From a virus (Duplodnaviria; Caudoviricetes): a stretch of DNA of 64,000 nt. Position 1 is the stretch's first letter. Each line of letters starts with the position of its first letter. The position numbers were made by a program, and so were the translations under genes. Where the stretch lies: positions 30,033 to 94,032 of IMG/VR virus record IMGVR_UViG_3300017499_000044; one strand, 5' to 3'. Under the pieces are notes generated by a model, which worked only from the letters and a program-made list of their open reading frames with translations, had not been told where the DNA came from and searched no databases. Below, one piece after another: positions 1 through 11,900 of this stretch.

Positions 1-3000
1 CAAATTACATCTACTATCGACAATTACCTCGGCTCCCTCGAAAAATACGAAACATATTACAAGCAATGGTCTGCAAGTATAAAAACAAATAACGATGAAA
101 ACATTACACAGCTTAAGCGGAGCTACGGCACATTGAGAGCCGTTCAAAAGGCAGAAATGGAGTCTGCTCAGTTAGCGATGGAAGAAGGAGTTAAGAATTT
201 TAATCTTGACAACTTCTTGAATAAGACCAAATTCGGAAATATAGATTTAAATAACAGACAGGCTCTCGAATGGGATATTGGCAATCGGATTGATTACCAA
301 GACGCTATAAAGTCATGGAATATGGGAATGCCGAATGTGGGTGATATTTCCACTGTGCTTGGCATGAGTGAAACTTTTGGAAATAAAGATAACCCGGTAG
401 AGATTGCTTTCTCTCCTATGCTTCAAACAGACCAAGGCGCAGTCCTTCTGAGTTCGCAAGCGGTTCATGCTTATATGGAAATTCTTTTCGCTGAACTCGA
501 AAGAACCAAGGGAAACTGGACAACTGAGGATTTGCTCGAATTAGACAGCAGGGGTACGGTGGTCGCCGGACAGGAGATAAAGAACATCATAGCAGATGTG
601 GGAGAGACCGCTCAGCAGACCGGCATAGCCATGCACTATTTAGGAACGGATGGGGCTATATCTCAGGACGCTATTGATAGTGCAAAAGAGTTCGGTGAGT
701 GGATAGACCAGCTGTCTGACAACGACAAAACAATTGCCTACAGCATGAGCTTCGAAACTGACAGCGCAACGTGGACTTTGGAGCAGTGGCATGATGAACT
801 TCAAAGATTAAAGGGCGATACAAGCGCGTTAGACGAACTTAAGACAAAAGTCAAGGCTATACAAGATGTTGCGGCGGGTACTATCAACTTTGACATCTCG
901 GCTCAAACAACGGGCTTTGATACTGTTAATGAGGCTATATCATCATCGGTCTCCTCTACGGGGCTTACTTCTGATATGATTTCAAAGATAACGGACAGGT
1001 ACAGCAATCTGGAAGTTTTTGATGCGTCGGCATTATTTGAGAAAACTGTTAACGGAATACACCTCAATGCTGATTCGCTGCGAGAGCTTGAGGCAGAATA
1101 CAACAAACTGAACGGAGTGTATCTGCAAACAGCGTTAGATGAACAGGTAGAAAAATATAACGAACTTACTAAATCAATAGCCGAGTGTAGCGATGAGACA
1201 AAACGCGCATCGTTAATGAGTGAGCAGCATACTCTGAAACAGCAAATAGAAGATACGGCTGATTTGGCGGCGCAGTATGACGGGCTGACATCCGCTTATA
1301 AAAAGTGGGTTGACGCGCAGTCTGCTCCCGAAGAAGGAGATATGTACGACAACTTACAGTCGAAGCTTGAGGATATTAAAGAACTGTATAAGGCGGGACT
1401 CGTCGGAACGAATGAGTTCAGGTCTGCGGTGCAGCTTATGACCAACTTTGATATATCGGATTGGGACATAGAGGATATTGTAAAAGCGTATGACAATGGC
1501 TATCCCTTGATGACGAGATATTTCACGGAAGGACAGAAGGGATGCAATAACTTCCTCAAAGACGTATCGAAGCTTAATGATGAATGGGCGCACCTTAACG
1601 CGGACGGGAGTTGGGAGATTAACTTCGGAGAAGGCGACGATCAGGCGATTGCTGATAAGCTTGGGGTAAGCGTTGATGCTGTTCAAATGATAATGCGAAA
1701 GCTGTCAAACTATGGATTCAAGATAGATTTGACATCCATCTTTGACGATCTTGATTTAGCAGAAGATAAACTCACAAGCGCGAATGAGAAGCTTAAGGAA
1801 CTCGGTGAAACAGAGGTTACTTTTAATTTCAACTCAAGCAGCGTTACTGAGCTTGACGAGCAAATAGAAGAAGCTCAGAATGTATTGGGACATTTTAAAA
1901 ACGCGGACGGCTCAATTAATATTAGCACCGAGGGCGCACAAGAAGCGATAGATGTTTTAACCGGATTGATACGCAGGAAGCAGGAACTGGAAGCACCAGC
2001 GGTAATGAAGGTGGACGTGACATCTCCGGAAACCGATGCAGAAAACGCAATTTCTTTATTGCAGCAATTTCAAACAGCCATTAACCAACAAAATTTAAAT
2101 GCGGCGATAGGGCTTGACACAACCGATGCTCAAAGCAAGATTGATTCGCTTGTAACAAAAATACAAGAACTACAGAACAAGAATCCTGATATTGCAGCAG
2201 CTCTCAGCATAGACGCCACAAGCGCAGACACAATTAAGGCAAGCATAGAGGCACTTACTCCTGAGGTTATGGTCAAAGCCGGTGTCGACGAAGCAAAAAT
2301 AAGTGAATTTAAATCAACCGAAATTGAGGCATCAGGTACTGTTACATGGGATAATAATACATCTTTAGTTGACGCATATGCAAAGATTCCAAAGACCGCG
2401 CAGGGTGTGGTAGAGTGGAAGAACAATACAGACGAAGTTGAGACCGGCTTCTCGGCATCGTCACCGGCTTCCAATTCTACTCCTACCCCCTCGCCGTCTC
2501 CTTCTAGGGGTGGTCTCGGAGGGGCGTATAGCGGAGGCACCCGAGGCGCAAAGAAGTCCGGTATGTCTTTGGGCGGTGAACTCGGAGAAGAACTTGTTGT
2601 CAGGGATGGCAGATATTTTACGATAGGCTCAAACGGAGCGGAGTTCTTCAATTATAAAAAGGACGACATCATCTTCAATGCCGAGCAAACGAGGCAGATA
2701 TTCAAACAAGGCAAGATTACAAGCGGGAACAGAAGAGGCAGAGCTTTAGTCACAGGAAATGCCTTTTCGAGCGGAACCGGTAAATTTTTCAATACAGAAA
2801 CTGCCATGACCTATTCTTCTAAAGACTCGAAGAAGAAATCATCCGAAACAAAAGAAGAATCAGAATTTGAAAAGCAATACAAGAAACATCAGCACCTGCT
2901 GAATATGGAACAAGAAAGCGCAGAGACTTACCTTAACTGGCTCAAAGGCGCATATAAAGACGCGTATAACTCCGGGCAAATAGAACTGGATGAGTTCTAC

Positions 3001-6000
3001 AAGTACGAGGAGGAAGTATACAGCAAATCTAAGGAACTGTTCAACGACACCCTCGGAGATATGGAACACGAAATCGAAATGCTTGAGCATCAAAATGCAA
3101 GTCCCGATGCAATAGTTTCCAAGTATGTCGAAATGATGGATGCCGTGAGTAAGCAGGAAAAGCAATATCGAGCTCAGGGGTTAGACGACAATTCAGACGC
3201 CATACAGGAGCTTCAGGACAAATGGTGGAATTACTACGACAAGATTAAAGAAAAGCGTATCGAACAATACGAAGATGCGGTATCCGCAAGCGAGAATATA
3301 GTAAAGCAAAACGAAACTCTGCTTGACAATGCTGTATCCGGCGGAGATATTACCAAAGCAAAAGAATACAGCGACACAATTATCGCTGAATACAGACGTG
3401 CGCAGGAAACCATTCACGCCGAGGCGGAGTATTACAGGTCTCTCGGCTACGAAGAAACAAGCGATGAAATATCCGATTTAAGCAGCAAATGGCAGGAGTA
3501 TCAGGATAACATCACCGAAACTGCAAAGAAGGGCTATAAGGAAATAGTAAGCAAGGCGACGGATATAACCGACAGCCAGGTTACGGAAACCGAGCGACTG
3601 CTCGACAGAAACCTAAAGAGTATTACCGAAAGAACGATGTCGGGTTCAAAGAATGCGTTTAGCACCGCTTTTCTCCTCCCGTCATTAGACGGCTCGGAAT
3701 ACAAGCCCGAAAGACAGCATAAGAACGCATCTGCAGGCGGCTCACAGGATGCGCAGGTAATCGAAAGCATTAATTTGACAGACGCTACGAATTACAGCGA
3801 GCTTGCCGAGAATATAAAAAGCTCCCTTGCGCAGGAGATAAGTCGGGCAGTCTCGGAATTTACGCGGGACGACTGGGCTCAAATGATATACAGCAATCCT
3901 CTGCGGGCGTTTGTTCTTGACGAGGAAAGCTGGAGCAAGCTGTCTGAGCAGATAAGCAGCTATATGACCGAAATGAATCTTTCGGAGGAAGAGTTTGGAA
4001 CAAGCGAAAACTTCCTTCAGAATGTCATAGACAATATGATTGTTGACACAATCAACAACGACGGCAGTTCGTGGGAGAACCTAAGCGAGCAGATACGCGG
4101 ATATATATCATCTATCTGGAATTTGTCAAGCGAGGATTGGAATGCTCTATGTTCGGCTCAGCCTCTCATAGCCGCAAGCTTAAAGATGAGCGGAAACGAT
4201 TCATGGCAGGCGCGTGAGCAGCAGCTTGTCGGAAACAACGGCATCATTCCCGAAATGATGAACAGTGCGGACGCTGTTGTGACAAACAGCTCCCTTGGCG
4301 CACCGACATACAGCAAGACCGAGTATTCGAATCTTGGCATATCCATGGGCAACTCTATTATAGCCTCGCTCCAAACAACAGTGTCTGGTGCGAATATTAG
4401 CGCGAAGGTCTCGTACGGTGGCGACACAGGAATAACAGATACTCAATCGCCGACAGGCGGGACGACATCGGCTTCGTCTATAGTGGCTGCGGCGCAAAAC
4501 GAGGTAAACAGCAACGGCGGTCACCTCGGCGATGACAACAAGTACAGCAGAACAATGGGCGGAGGGATAGAAGAGTGGTGCGGAGACTTCGTTGATTACT
4601 GCGCAAAGGCGGCGGGAATAAACGCACCCCGTCAAAGGTCTGTTATAAACGGCGCATCTTCAATGTCCTCTATGGGCTTGTACAGAAGAGCCGATGAATA
4701 TGACCCCAAGCCCGGCGATTTCATTTATTTCAGCAATTCCAAAAAAGGCGGTAATGCTTCGATAGGCTCACTCACACATATTGGTATTGTCGAATCATTT
4801 GATAAGGCGAACGGCGTTGTACATACCATTGAAGGCAATACAAACCACGATTCGCTTATGCGAAGGAATAGACCGCTGAGTGAAAACTACATCGCAGGAT
4901 ACGGAATCACATCCTCTCTCCCCCGCTACGAAAAGGGGACTTCCGGAACGGCGGGAGGCAGTGCGCTTGTCGGAGAAAAGGGCAGAGAGCTTGCAATACT
5001 GCCCAGCGGACAGGTTGTTATACTCGGCAAGCACGGAGCGGAAATAGTTGACCTGCCGGCAAGAACACAGATACTCCCCAACGACGATACGGAAGAGGTA
5101 CTGTCATACACGGGTTCTAATATAGACGGACACACAATACAGAAATATGCAAGGGGGACAACCGTTGACCCCATGGACATAGCAAAATACATAAGAGAGC
5201 AATACCCCGAGGTGACGGATCAGGGCATAGCGGCAATACTTGGTAATATATACGCGGAGTCAGGGTTTAACACGCAAAGCAAAACCACCGAAGCGTACGG
5301 CAGCGGGAGCGGCAGACAAGTAAACAGATGGGGTTTATTCCAGCTTGATGATGAGCGTATCCCGGGATGGAGCGGCATTGTCGCAGGCGGCGACTGGAGA
5401 AAACAAATAGATACTGTCTTAGCCGAAGGAAGATATAAAAACTCCGGCATGGGAAGCAATTCCAAATATAACGTCTGGGATACGATATTAACCAATAGTT
5501 CTCTAAGCGCTTCGGATGCTGCAGCTTTATGGGATAAGCTTTACGAACGTTCCGATGGCTCGGCGAGACAAAAACGCATGACCAAAGCGGAGGAGTACTA
5601 TCAGCAAATTGCGAGCGGAAGTCTTGGTAGTTTGTCTGAGCTGGCTATCGCCGTTGACGCAAACACATCTGCCACAGAAAGTGCGACTGTTGCCGTTAAG
5701 GCAAAGGAAAAAACCATAACCGATGAGATTGCGGAGATAGTCAAGAACCCTTCTACATATTCCCGCGATGTAATTAACGACTACATGACGTATGTCTCGA
5801 ACCGAGACAGCATGATTAACACTCAGGCTCAAGCGGAGAAGTACGGGGATATTGATGCCGCCGAAACAATCGAAGGCTCCCGTAAGCTTCAGGACATGAG
5901 TGAGACACTCACAATGCAGCTTGACCTGTACAATAATGCCGCCGCAGAGTACACAAAGCAATATGAAGCACTTCAGAATTTGTATTGGGAAAAGGCTGCA

Positions 6001-8934
6001 GGCGGCGCGGGAAATGAAGTGCTGAGCGAAATAATCAGCGCAATGAGCGATGTTTCCGCAAAGATAGATGATGTTTCCGACAAATGGCAGGATGCGATAG
6101 AAAGCATGGGTGACTCGTTCACCGCACTTCTCGATAACATGATGGCGCAATACCGCGAGGCGAACAGCCGAGCGCAGAGGTCTTTAACCAATCTCTCTCA
6201 TATGGCGGAAATGACATCAGACCCTTACTCACTGCACAACATATACGCGTCTATGGGCATGGAATACGACAGGCAGTCTAAGAACTATAAGGCTATTATG
6301 GATGCGGTGAGCCAAACGGCAAGCTACATACGAGGCGAAAGTGAAAGCTCATCCGCTCTCGGCAATGCGGCTTTAAAAGGCTATGCCGCAGAACAGGGGC
6401 AAAAGGTTCGTTCTTACTATCAATCGCTGATAGACAGCGGAAAACTTGGCGACTACGAGTCGTTGTTCTATTCGGACGGAACGGTTGACACGTCTGCGCT
6501 TGAGGAGACCATAAAATATTTCACAGATGAAGAAAAAGCTGAGGCGACATCCTTTATCAATTGGCTTTCTCAGTACAAGATTTTGTGGGAGAATGATATA
6601 TCGAACCGTTTCACAGACATAACATCCAATTTCTCCTCGGAGTTTTTGAATACATTGTTTGACGGAGACGGCGAGATAACTCAAGCCGCATATGATATGG
6701 TGGACGGATTCACCGAGCTTGACGTACCGGCGAGACAGGCGGGCGCGGCTCTCGGACAGCAGGTAAGAGAAGGATGGGCTGAACAATTACAGGACTTCGG
6801 CAACTATGAATATTGGTTTACCGACAACGTATTCGACGCGAATAAGTTTACCGAGTCAACATCGGATTGGTCACAGGAGAAGAAGGATGCGGCATGGCAA
6901 TTCGCTCAGGAACTTGCCGAGGCTAAGAGTATGTACTCAAGTCAAACCTTGGACGAATATCAGCGAGATTGGAATTTATTCCTAACATTCCTGTCATCGT
7001 CGAAAAAGGTTTACTATGAGAATCAGGAAAGCTATAACGAATCTCTTGAGAGGATGTACGAAAACTCAAGGCAGATGATGGAAGCCGCAAGCGATGCTTT
7101 GAGCCAAATAGACAGCGTGTACAGCACTCTGCATAATGCGGCGAATGAGTACGCAGACAGTGGATTTATAAGCGTTGACACGTATCAGAGCATATTAGAC
7201 CTTGGCGTAGAATATCTTGCCATGCTCAAAGATGAGAACGGTCAGCTTGTCATAAACGACACCAGCATCAAGAAGGTTCTTAAAACAAGAATACAACAGG
7301 TCGGTGTTGAGACAGCCCTTAACTACATCGAGCAGCTCAGGATGGCAAGGGCTGAAGGCAATGTTGACACGCTTACTAATCTGCTTTATGTGACCGATGA
7401 GCTTAGCACCTCCACATGGGACTTGGTATATGCGGAGCTTGCATCGGTGGGACTCAGTGAGCAGGAATTTAACGCGGCATACCAAAGAATAAACTCGATA
7501 AGGATATTGGGCGACACAGCGGCTCAGGGTGTCGGAAAGACAAGCGACAGCATTATTGACGGTTTGAACGACACGGCAGACGCTCTTGACTCTATTCTGC
7601 AATACACAATAGATATGATAAAGCAGGAAACGCAGAACAAGATAGACGCGCTTGAAGAGCAAATCTCGGATTACAAGGAAATCATAAGTCTGCAAAAGGA
7701 ATCTCTTGAGGTTACACGGGAACAGGACGACTACAACAAGAGCGTATCCGACAAGCTTAAAGAGATTTCGGAAACGCAGTCGCGCATAAATCAGCTTTCG
7801 CTTGACGACAGCCGCGAGGCGCAGGCGGAAAAGAAATCCTTGGAGGAGGAGCTTTCTGAGCTTCAGACAGACCTTAGCGATTATCAGGCGGACTATGCCT
7901 ATGAAAAGACGACCGAGTCCCTCGATAAGATGGCGGAGGCGTATGAGGAAGAAAAGAATGATGAGATAGAAACTCTGGAAAACAGCATATCATCTTATCA
8001 AAAGCTTTACGATTTGGCTATTGCCAGAATTAAATCCGAAGGCTCGGATTTGCTCGATCAGCTCTTAAGCTGGAACGAGGAATACGGAAGCGACCTTAAC
8101 AGTACTATTGTTGAGGCATGGAAAAACGCATCCGACGCATTGGATGAATATAATTACAAATACGAAAAGGCTCTGAAGTCTGTGAATAATCAGATAGAGG
8201 ATTCTTCAAACAATGAGAACTTGGTAGTCGGGAGATCCGGCTCAGGCTTGGGATCGAACACGTCAAGTTCATCTGGTTCATATGATACTCAGGCGGCAAA
8301 TACTATTGTAGCACAGATGAAGGCTAACTCGAACGCATGGTACGGGGCGAGCGAGACCGAACGAGAAAATCTTGCCAGCGAAAATCAATACTTAGGTAAA
8401 CAACTAAAGAATCTAGGCGTGAAAGCAGTATACGACAGCGGTTCTGGAACATGGTATATAGGAAGCGTTGGCGGCACAAAGCTTTATGACGCATATCCGA
8501 AATATCACACCGGCGGTGTTGTGGGAGCTTCAACGTCTAAGAAGGATGAAGTCATGGCAGTTCTTCAGGATGGAGAGCTTGTTATTGACAAAAAGCGCGA
8601 AGAAGGATTGTATAAAATAATAGACTTCGCTCAAGTTCTCTCAGAGCGCCTCGGCAAGGTTATAGACACAACAGGCTTCAAAAACATATTCAGGGCTTCG
8701 TCTGTCGTTCCCGACATAAGCAGCCCTGCACCGACAGTGCAGTCGGGTGTAGGAACGATAGACTTTAACCCAAGCATAGAAATCAATATAACACACAACG
8801 GAGAAATGACGGATTCTGACGCAAGACGCTACGGCAACACCGCAGCGGAAGCAGCTCTTAGTGAATTGAAAGATGCGTTTACAAAAAGAGGCATTACAAC
8901 ACTGGGAGGCGCAGCGTTAAAGTCATCAAGATAA
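1..8934 (+). CDS. Tape measure protein (5'-partial) with embedded CHAP-like amidase and phage tail lysozyme domains
   Basis: Frame is open from base 1. Over 2900 aa, coiled-coil rich. CHAP motifs EWCGDFV/HIGIVE/TIEGNT at ~4480-4910; lysozyme-like AAILGNIYAESGFN...GLFQL at ~5170-5620; followed by tail genes. Confidence 0.9.
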   Translation, partial: QITSTIDNYLGSLEKYETYYKQWSASIKTNNDENITQLKRSYGTLRAVQKAEMESAQLAMEEGVKNFNLDNFLNKTKFGNIDLNNRQALEWDIGNRIDYQDAIKSWNMGMPNVGDISTVLGMSETFGNKDNPVEIAFSPMLQTDQGAVLLSSQAVHAYMEILFAELERTKGNWTTEDLLELDSRGTVVAGQEIKNIIADVGETAQQTGIAMHYLGTDGAISQDAIDSAKEFGEWIDQLSDNDKTIAYSMSFETDSATWTLEQWHDELQRLKGDTSALDELKTKVKAIQDVAAGTINFDISAQTTGFDTVNEAISSSVSSTGLTSDMISKITDRYSNLEVFDASALFEKTVNGIHLNADSLRELEAEYNKLNGVYLQTALDEQVEKYNELTKSIAECSDETKRASLMSEQHTLKQQIEDTADLAAQYDGLTSAYKKWVDAQSAPEEGDMYDNLQSKLEDIKELYKAGLVGTNEFRSAVQLMTNFDISDWDIEDIVKAYDNGYPLMTRYFTEGQKGCNNFLKDVSKLNDEWAHLNADGSWEINFGEGDDQAIADKLGVSVDAVQMIMRKLSNYGFKIDLTSIFDDLDLAEDKLTSANEKLKELGETEVTFNFNSSSVTELDEQIEEAQNVLGHFKNADGSINISTEGAQEAIDVLTGLIRRKQELEAPAVMKVDVTSPETDAENAISLLQQFQTAINQQNLNAAIGLDTTDAQSKIDSLVTKIQELQNKNPDIAAALSIDATSADTIKASIEALTPEVMVKAGVDEAKISEFKSTEIEASGTVTWDNNTSLVDAYAKIPKTAQGVVEWKNNTDEVETGFSASSPASNSTPTPSPSPSRGGLGGAYSGGTRGAKKSGMSLGGELGEELVVRDGRYFTIGSNGAEFFNYKKDDIIFNAEQTRQIFKQGKITSGNRRGRALVTGNAFSSGTGKFFNTETAMTYSSKDSKKKSSETKEESEFEKQYKKHQHLLNMEQESAETYLNWLKGAYKDAYNSGQIELDEFYKYEEEVYSKSKELFNDTLGDMEHEIEMLEHQNASPDAIVSKYVEMMDAVSKQEKQYRAQGLDDNSDAIQELQDKWWNYYDKIKEKRIEQYEDAVSASENIVKQNETLLDNAVSGGDITKAKEYSDTIIAEYRRAQETIHAEAEYYRSLGYEETSDEISDLSSKWQEYQDNITETAKKGYKEIVSKATDITDSQVTETERLLDRNLKSITERTMSGSKNAFSTAFLLPSLDGSEYKPERQHKNASAGGSQDAQVIESINLTDATNYSELAENIKSSLAQEISRAVSEFTRDDWAQMIYSNPLRAFVLDEESWSKLSEQISSYMTEMNLSEEEFGTSENFLQNVIDNMIVDTINNDGSSWENLSEQIRGYISSIWNLSSEDWNALCSAQPLIAASLKMSGNDSWQAREQQLVGNNGIIPEMMNSADAVVTNSSLGAPTYSKTEYSNLGISMGNSIIASLQTTVSGANISAKVSYGGDTGITDTQSPTGGTTSASSIVAAAQNEVNSNGGHLGDDNKYSRTMGGGIEEWCGDFVDYCAKAAGINAPRQRSVINGASSMSSMGLYRRADEYDPKPGDFIYFSNSKKGGNASIGSLTHIGIVESFDKANGVVHTIEGNTNHDSLMRRNRPLSENYIAGYGITSSLPRYEKGTSGTAGGSALVGEKGRELAILPSGQVVILGKHGAEIVDLPARTQILPNDDTEEVLSYTGSNIDGHTIQKYARGTTVDPMDIAKYIREQYPEVTDQGIAAILGNIYAESGFNTQSKTTEAYGSGSGRQVNRWGLFQLDDERIPGWSGIVAGGDWRKQIDTVLAEGRYKNSGMGSNSKYNVWDTILTNSSLSASDAAALWDKLYERSDGSARQKRMTKAEEYYQQIASGSLGSLSELAIAVDANTSATESATVAVKAKEKTITDEIAEIVKNPSTYSRDVINDYMTYVSNRDSMINTQAQAEKYGDIDAAETIEGSRKLQDMSETLTMQLDLYNNAAAEYTKQYEALQNLYWEKAAGGAGNEVLSEIISAMSDVSAKIDDVSDKWQDAIESMGDSFTALLDNMMAQYREANSRAQRSLTNLSHMAEMTSDPYSLHNIYASMGMEYDRQSKNYKAIMDAVSQTASYIRGESESSSALGNAALKGYAAEQGQKVRSYYQSLIDSGKLGDYESLFYSDGTVDTSALEETIKYFTDEEKAEATSFINWLSQYKILWENDISNRFTDITSNFSSEFLNTLFDGDGEITQAAYDMVDGFTELDVPARQAGAALGQQVREGWAEQLQDFGNYEYWFTDNVFDANKFTESTSDWSQEKKDAAWQFAQELAEAKSMYSSQTLDEYQRDWNLFLTFLSSSKKVYYENQESYNESLERMYENSRQMMEAASDALSQIDSVYSTLHNAANEYADSGFISVDTYQSILDLGVEYLAMLKDENGQLVINDTSIKKVLKTRIQQVGVETALNYIEQLRMARAEGNVDTLTNLLYVTDELSTSTWDLVYAELASVGLSEQEFNAAYQRINSIRILGDTAAQGVGKTSDSIIDGLNDTADALDSILQYTIDMIKQETQNKIDALEEQISDYKEIISLQKESLEVTREQDDYNKSVSDKLKEISETQSRINQLSLDDSREAQAEKKSLEEELSELQTDLSDYQADYAYEKTTESLDKMAEAYEEEKNDEIETLENSISSYQKLYDLAIARIKSEGSDLLDQLLSWNEEYGSDLNSTIVEAWKNASDALDEYNYKYEKALKSVNNQIEDSSNNENLVVGRSGSGLGSNTSSSSGSYDTQAANTIVAQMKANSNAWYGASETERENLASENQYLGKQLKNLGVKAVYDSGSGTWYIGSVGGTKLYDAYPKYHTGGVVGASTSKKDEVMAVLQDGELVIDKKREEGLYKIIDFAQVLSERLGKVIDTTGFKNIFRASSVVPDISSPAPTVQSGVGTIDFNPSIEINITHNGEMTDSDARRYGNTAAEAALSELKDAFTKRGITTLGGAALKSSR

Positions 8935-8986
8935 AAATAAAGAAACGCAGGAACGGGCGGTGTAACAGCCGCCCGACATACTTAAC

Positions 8987-11900
8987 ATGGAGGTGATTGT
9001 GTTGGTTATTGACTTTTCATCCATCGGGGTTATTAAAGAACAGCCGACTTTAATACTCTGCAGCGTTGATGATTCCGCTATAGGTTCACTGAGTGCCGCA
9101 TATAATTTAACCGGAGACATATGCTACAACGAAACATCCACAATATCATTCGAGCTTCCCGCATACATCGATGGGCAGAGAACACCTCATTATGATGATG
9201 TCATCGGTATGCGCACAATAAAGATACCCAAATACGGCAGATTTGTAATAGTGAATCCGTCGACCACGAACGATGGCGTGAAGGAGATAAAAACCTGCAA
9301 GGCATATTCCTTGGAATATGAGTTCACGTATAAACAGGTGTATTTTGAAGAAGGAACATATAATTTTTACGATCCATTCAGTCCCAACGATACCGTGTTG
9401 GGAATGCTCATGGAAGATTTTCCGTCATGGAGTCTCGGAGATGTTGACTCCGCTCTTATAGGAAAATACAGGACGTTTGAGGAAACGGACTCAAACGCGT
9501 ACAACTTTATAAAATCAACCTTACAGGAATCGTATGAGTGCATCTTTGATTTTGACACATTGAATAGGAAGGTTAATGTGAGAAGCACATCCGCCGAATC
9601 CACTCCGACTCCGGTGTATCTGTCTCTTGATAACCTAATCAAGGAGCTTAAGATAGAGGAAGATACGGAAAACATTTACACCGTCCTTGATGTCAGCGGC
9701 GGCGAGGATGTCGATATACGAATGGTAAATCCATTGGGAACAAACAAGATATACAACCTTGATTATTTCATGAAGCCGTCACATTTCGAAAGTTCTATGA
9801 TTGAGAAATGGAACAGCTGGAAGAAGTCGTATGAGAATGAGCAGACTCCGTTTTACAACATATCACTTGAACGCTCCCTTAAAACAGCCGCTATTTCAAC
9901 CGAGGAGTCAAAGCTCAACGAACTTAAGAGCATAGACCTTGCGGAGCTGACATCAGAGCGGGCGGTGTATATTGAATATCTTGCCAAGCTTGTGGATGAC
10001 GACAGTGATGATTACAACGCTTATCAAAAGAAGCTTAAAAAGGTTAACAGCGAAATTGACGATAAGAACGCTGAAATATCAGAGCAGGAGGATGTTATCG
10101 CCTCACTGAAGGCGGAAGAGACCGCATTGACCGAAAAGCTTACCGAAATCAAAGCCGGACTGGCATTTGATAATTTTTTCACCGCTGAGGAGCTGAAGCT
10201 GTTGGATAGGTACTTCAAGGAAGAGAGTATTGAGGAAACGACATTCGTTGTTTCGGAGGTGGATTCTTATGAAACATCAGACATAAGCAACTCTATAAAA
10301 GGAATAAGTATAACATTTGCAAACTGCAATTTTACCGAAACCGAAACAGACAGCGAAACTAAAATGTATTCCATTTCCGGCGGTTCGTTTAGCTTAACAA
10401 ATACAACAACGACATTAGACGCGGAAACAGTGAATGCGACTTTTGAAGTTAAGAGCGACAAGACCATAATACTATCGGCATATCTGAATAAAGGAAAGAT
10501 AGGCGATTCGGAATTTCCGAATGCGACCATATCGCTGACGGGAGATTACTCAAGCGTCACGCTTTCAGGTGACGGCAAGACGGGACATACCTCATCTGTC
10601 AGCGTCGGCGGCATATCGGGACAGATGTATTTTACAAGAAACACAACCGACTACGAAAAACATTCGGTGTCGTGGGATTTGTATGAGTACGGCAAAAGCA
10701 CCCTTGAGAAGCTGGCATATCCATCATACACGTTTGATGTATCGTCTGCGAACTTCTTATCAATGGATGAATTTGAGGGATTTATTCAACACCTAAAGCT
10801 CGGTCAAAAGATTTATATTAATACCGACAACGAAATTTTAGAGCCTATACTTATAGGAGTGGAAATAGATTTTGACGACCCGACATCATTGACACTGAAA
10901 TTCAGTGACACGTACAGCGCATCCGATAATGCGTTCAAGCTTGTCGATTTGCTTGACCAAAGTATTTCGATGGGGCGAACGGTCGAATCGAGTAAACTCA
11001 ACTATTCCTCGTTTGTTAACAGCGGCGCCTCAAACGCCGTTAAAGATTTTATGTCATCCGCTCTTGATATTGCAAAGAACTCAATCTTATCAAGTGATGG
11101 GCAGGGCGTGTCATGGGACAATGCAGGACTGCATCTGCGTAAATACATTGATAAGGACGATCCTGACAAGGGTTACGAGGATGAACAAATCTCAATGATA
11201 AACAACAGCATCGTCTTTACGGATGACGGATGGCAGACAGCCAAAATGGCAATAGGCAGAATCATAGATGGCAATATCGGCTCATACGCGGAAACATCCG
11301 ATACGGAGTACAACGAGAAGAAAACCTATTACTATATTGATGTTGACGAAAACTATCAGAAATGGAATGGCTCGGAAGAGAAATGGGAAGCAGAGGACAG
11401 ACCATTGCTCTACGAGAAAACAGGCACAGCCTATGGAATAGTAGCCCCATATATTGTGGGTACCATTCTTGCCGGCGAGAATTGTATGATAGACACCAGC
11501 AATGGAAGCTTTAAGGTTGATGAGAGCGGCGTTTATATAGATTCTCTCAAATTTTATATTACGCACGGAGGTACCACATACGACACAACTCTGCAAGATG
11601 AACTGGACAAGCTTGATCTGGAATCCACGCAAATAGCCGGAGATATTGGAGATGTCGTGCAGAATATTGACGGGCTGTCGAATATGACGGTGGCTGTTTA
11701 TTACCAAGCCGATGAACCGGAAACAGACAACGTTGGAGATCTATGGTTTAACACAGACACAAATCGATTGTATTGCTATTCCGGACTTATGTGGCGTGAT
11801 ACAAACAATGATGGATATGCTGAAAAAATCAAACGGGGACAGGACGAACAAGCGGGAAGCGATGGTGTGATAATGTACTACCAACAAGAAGCGGCTCCAT

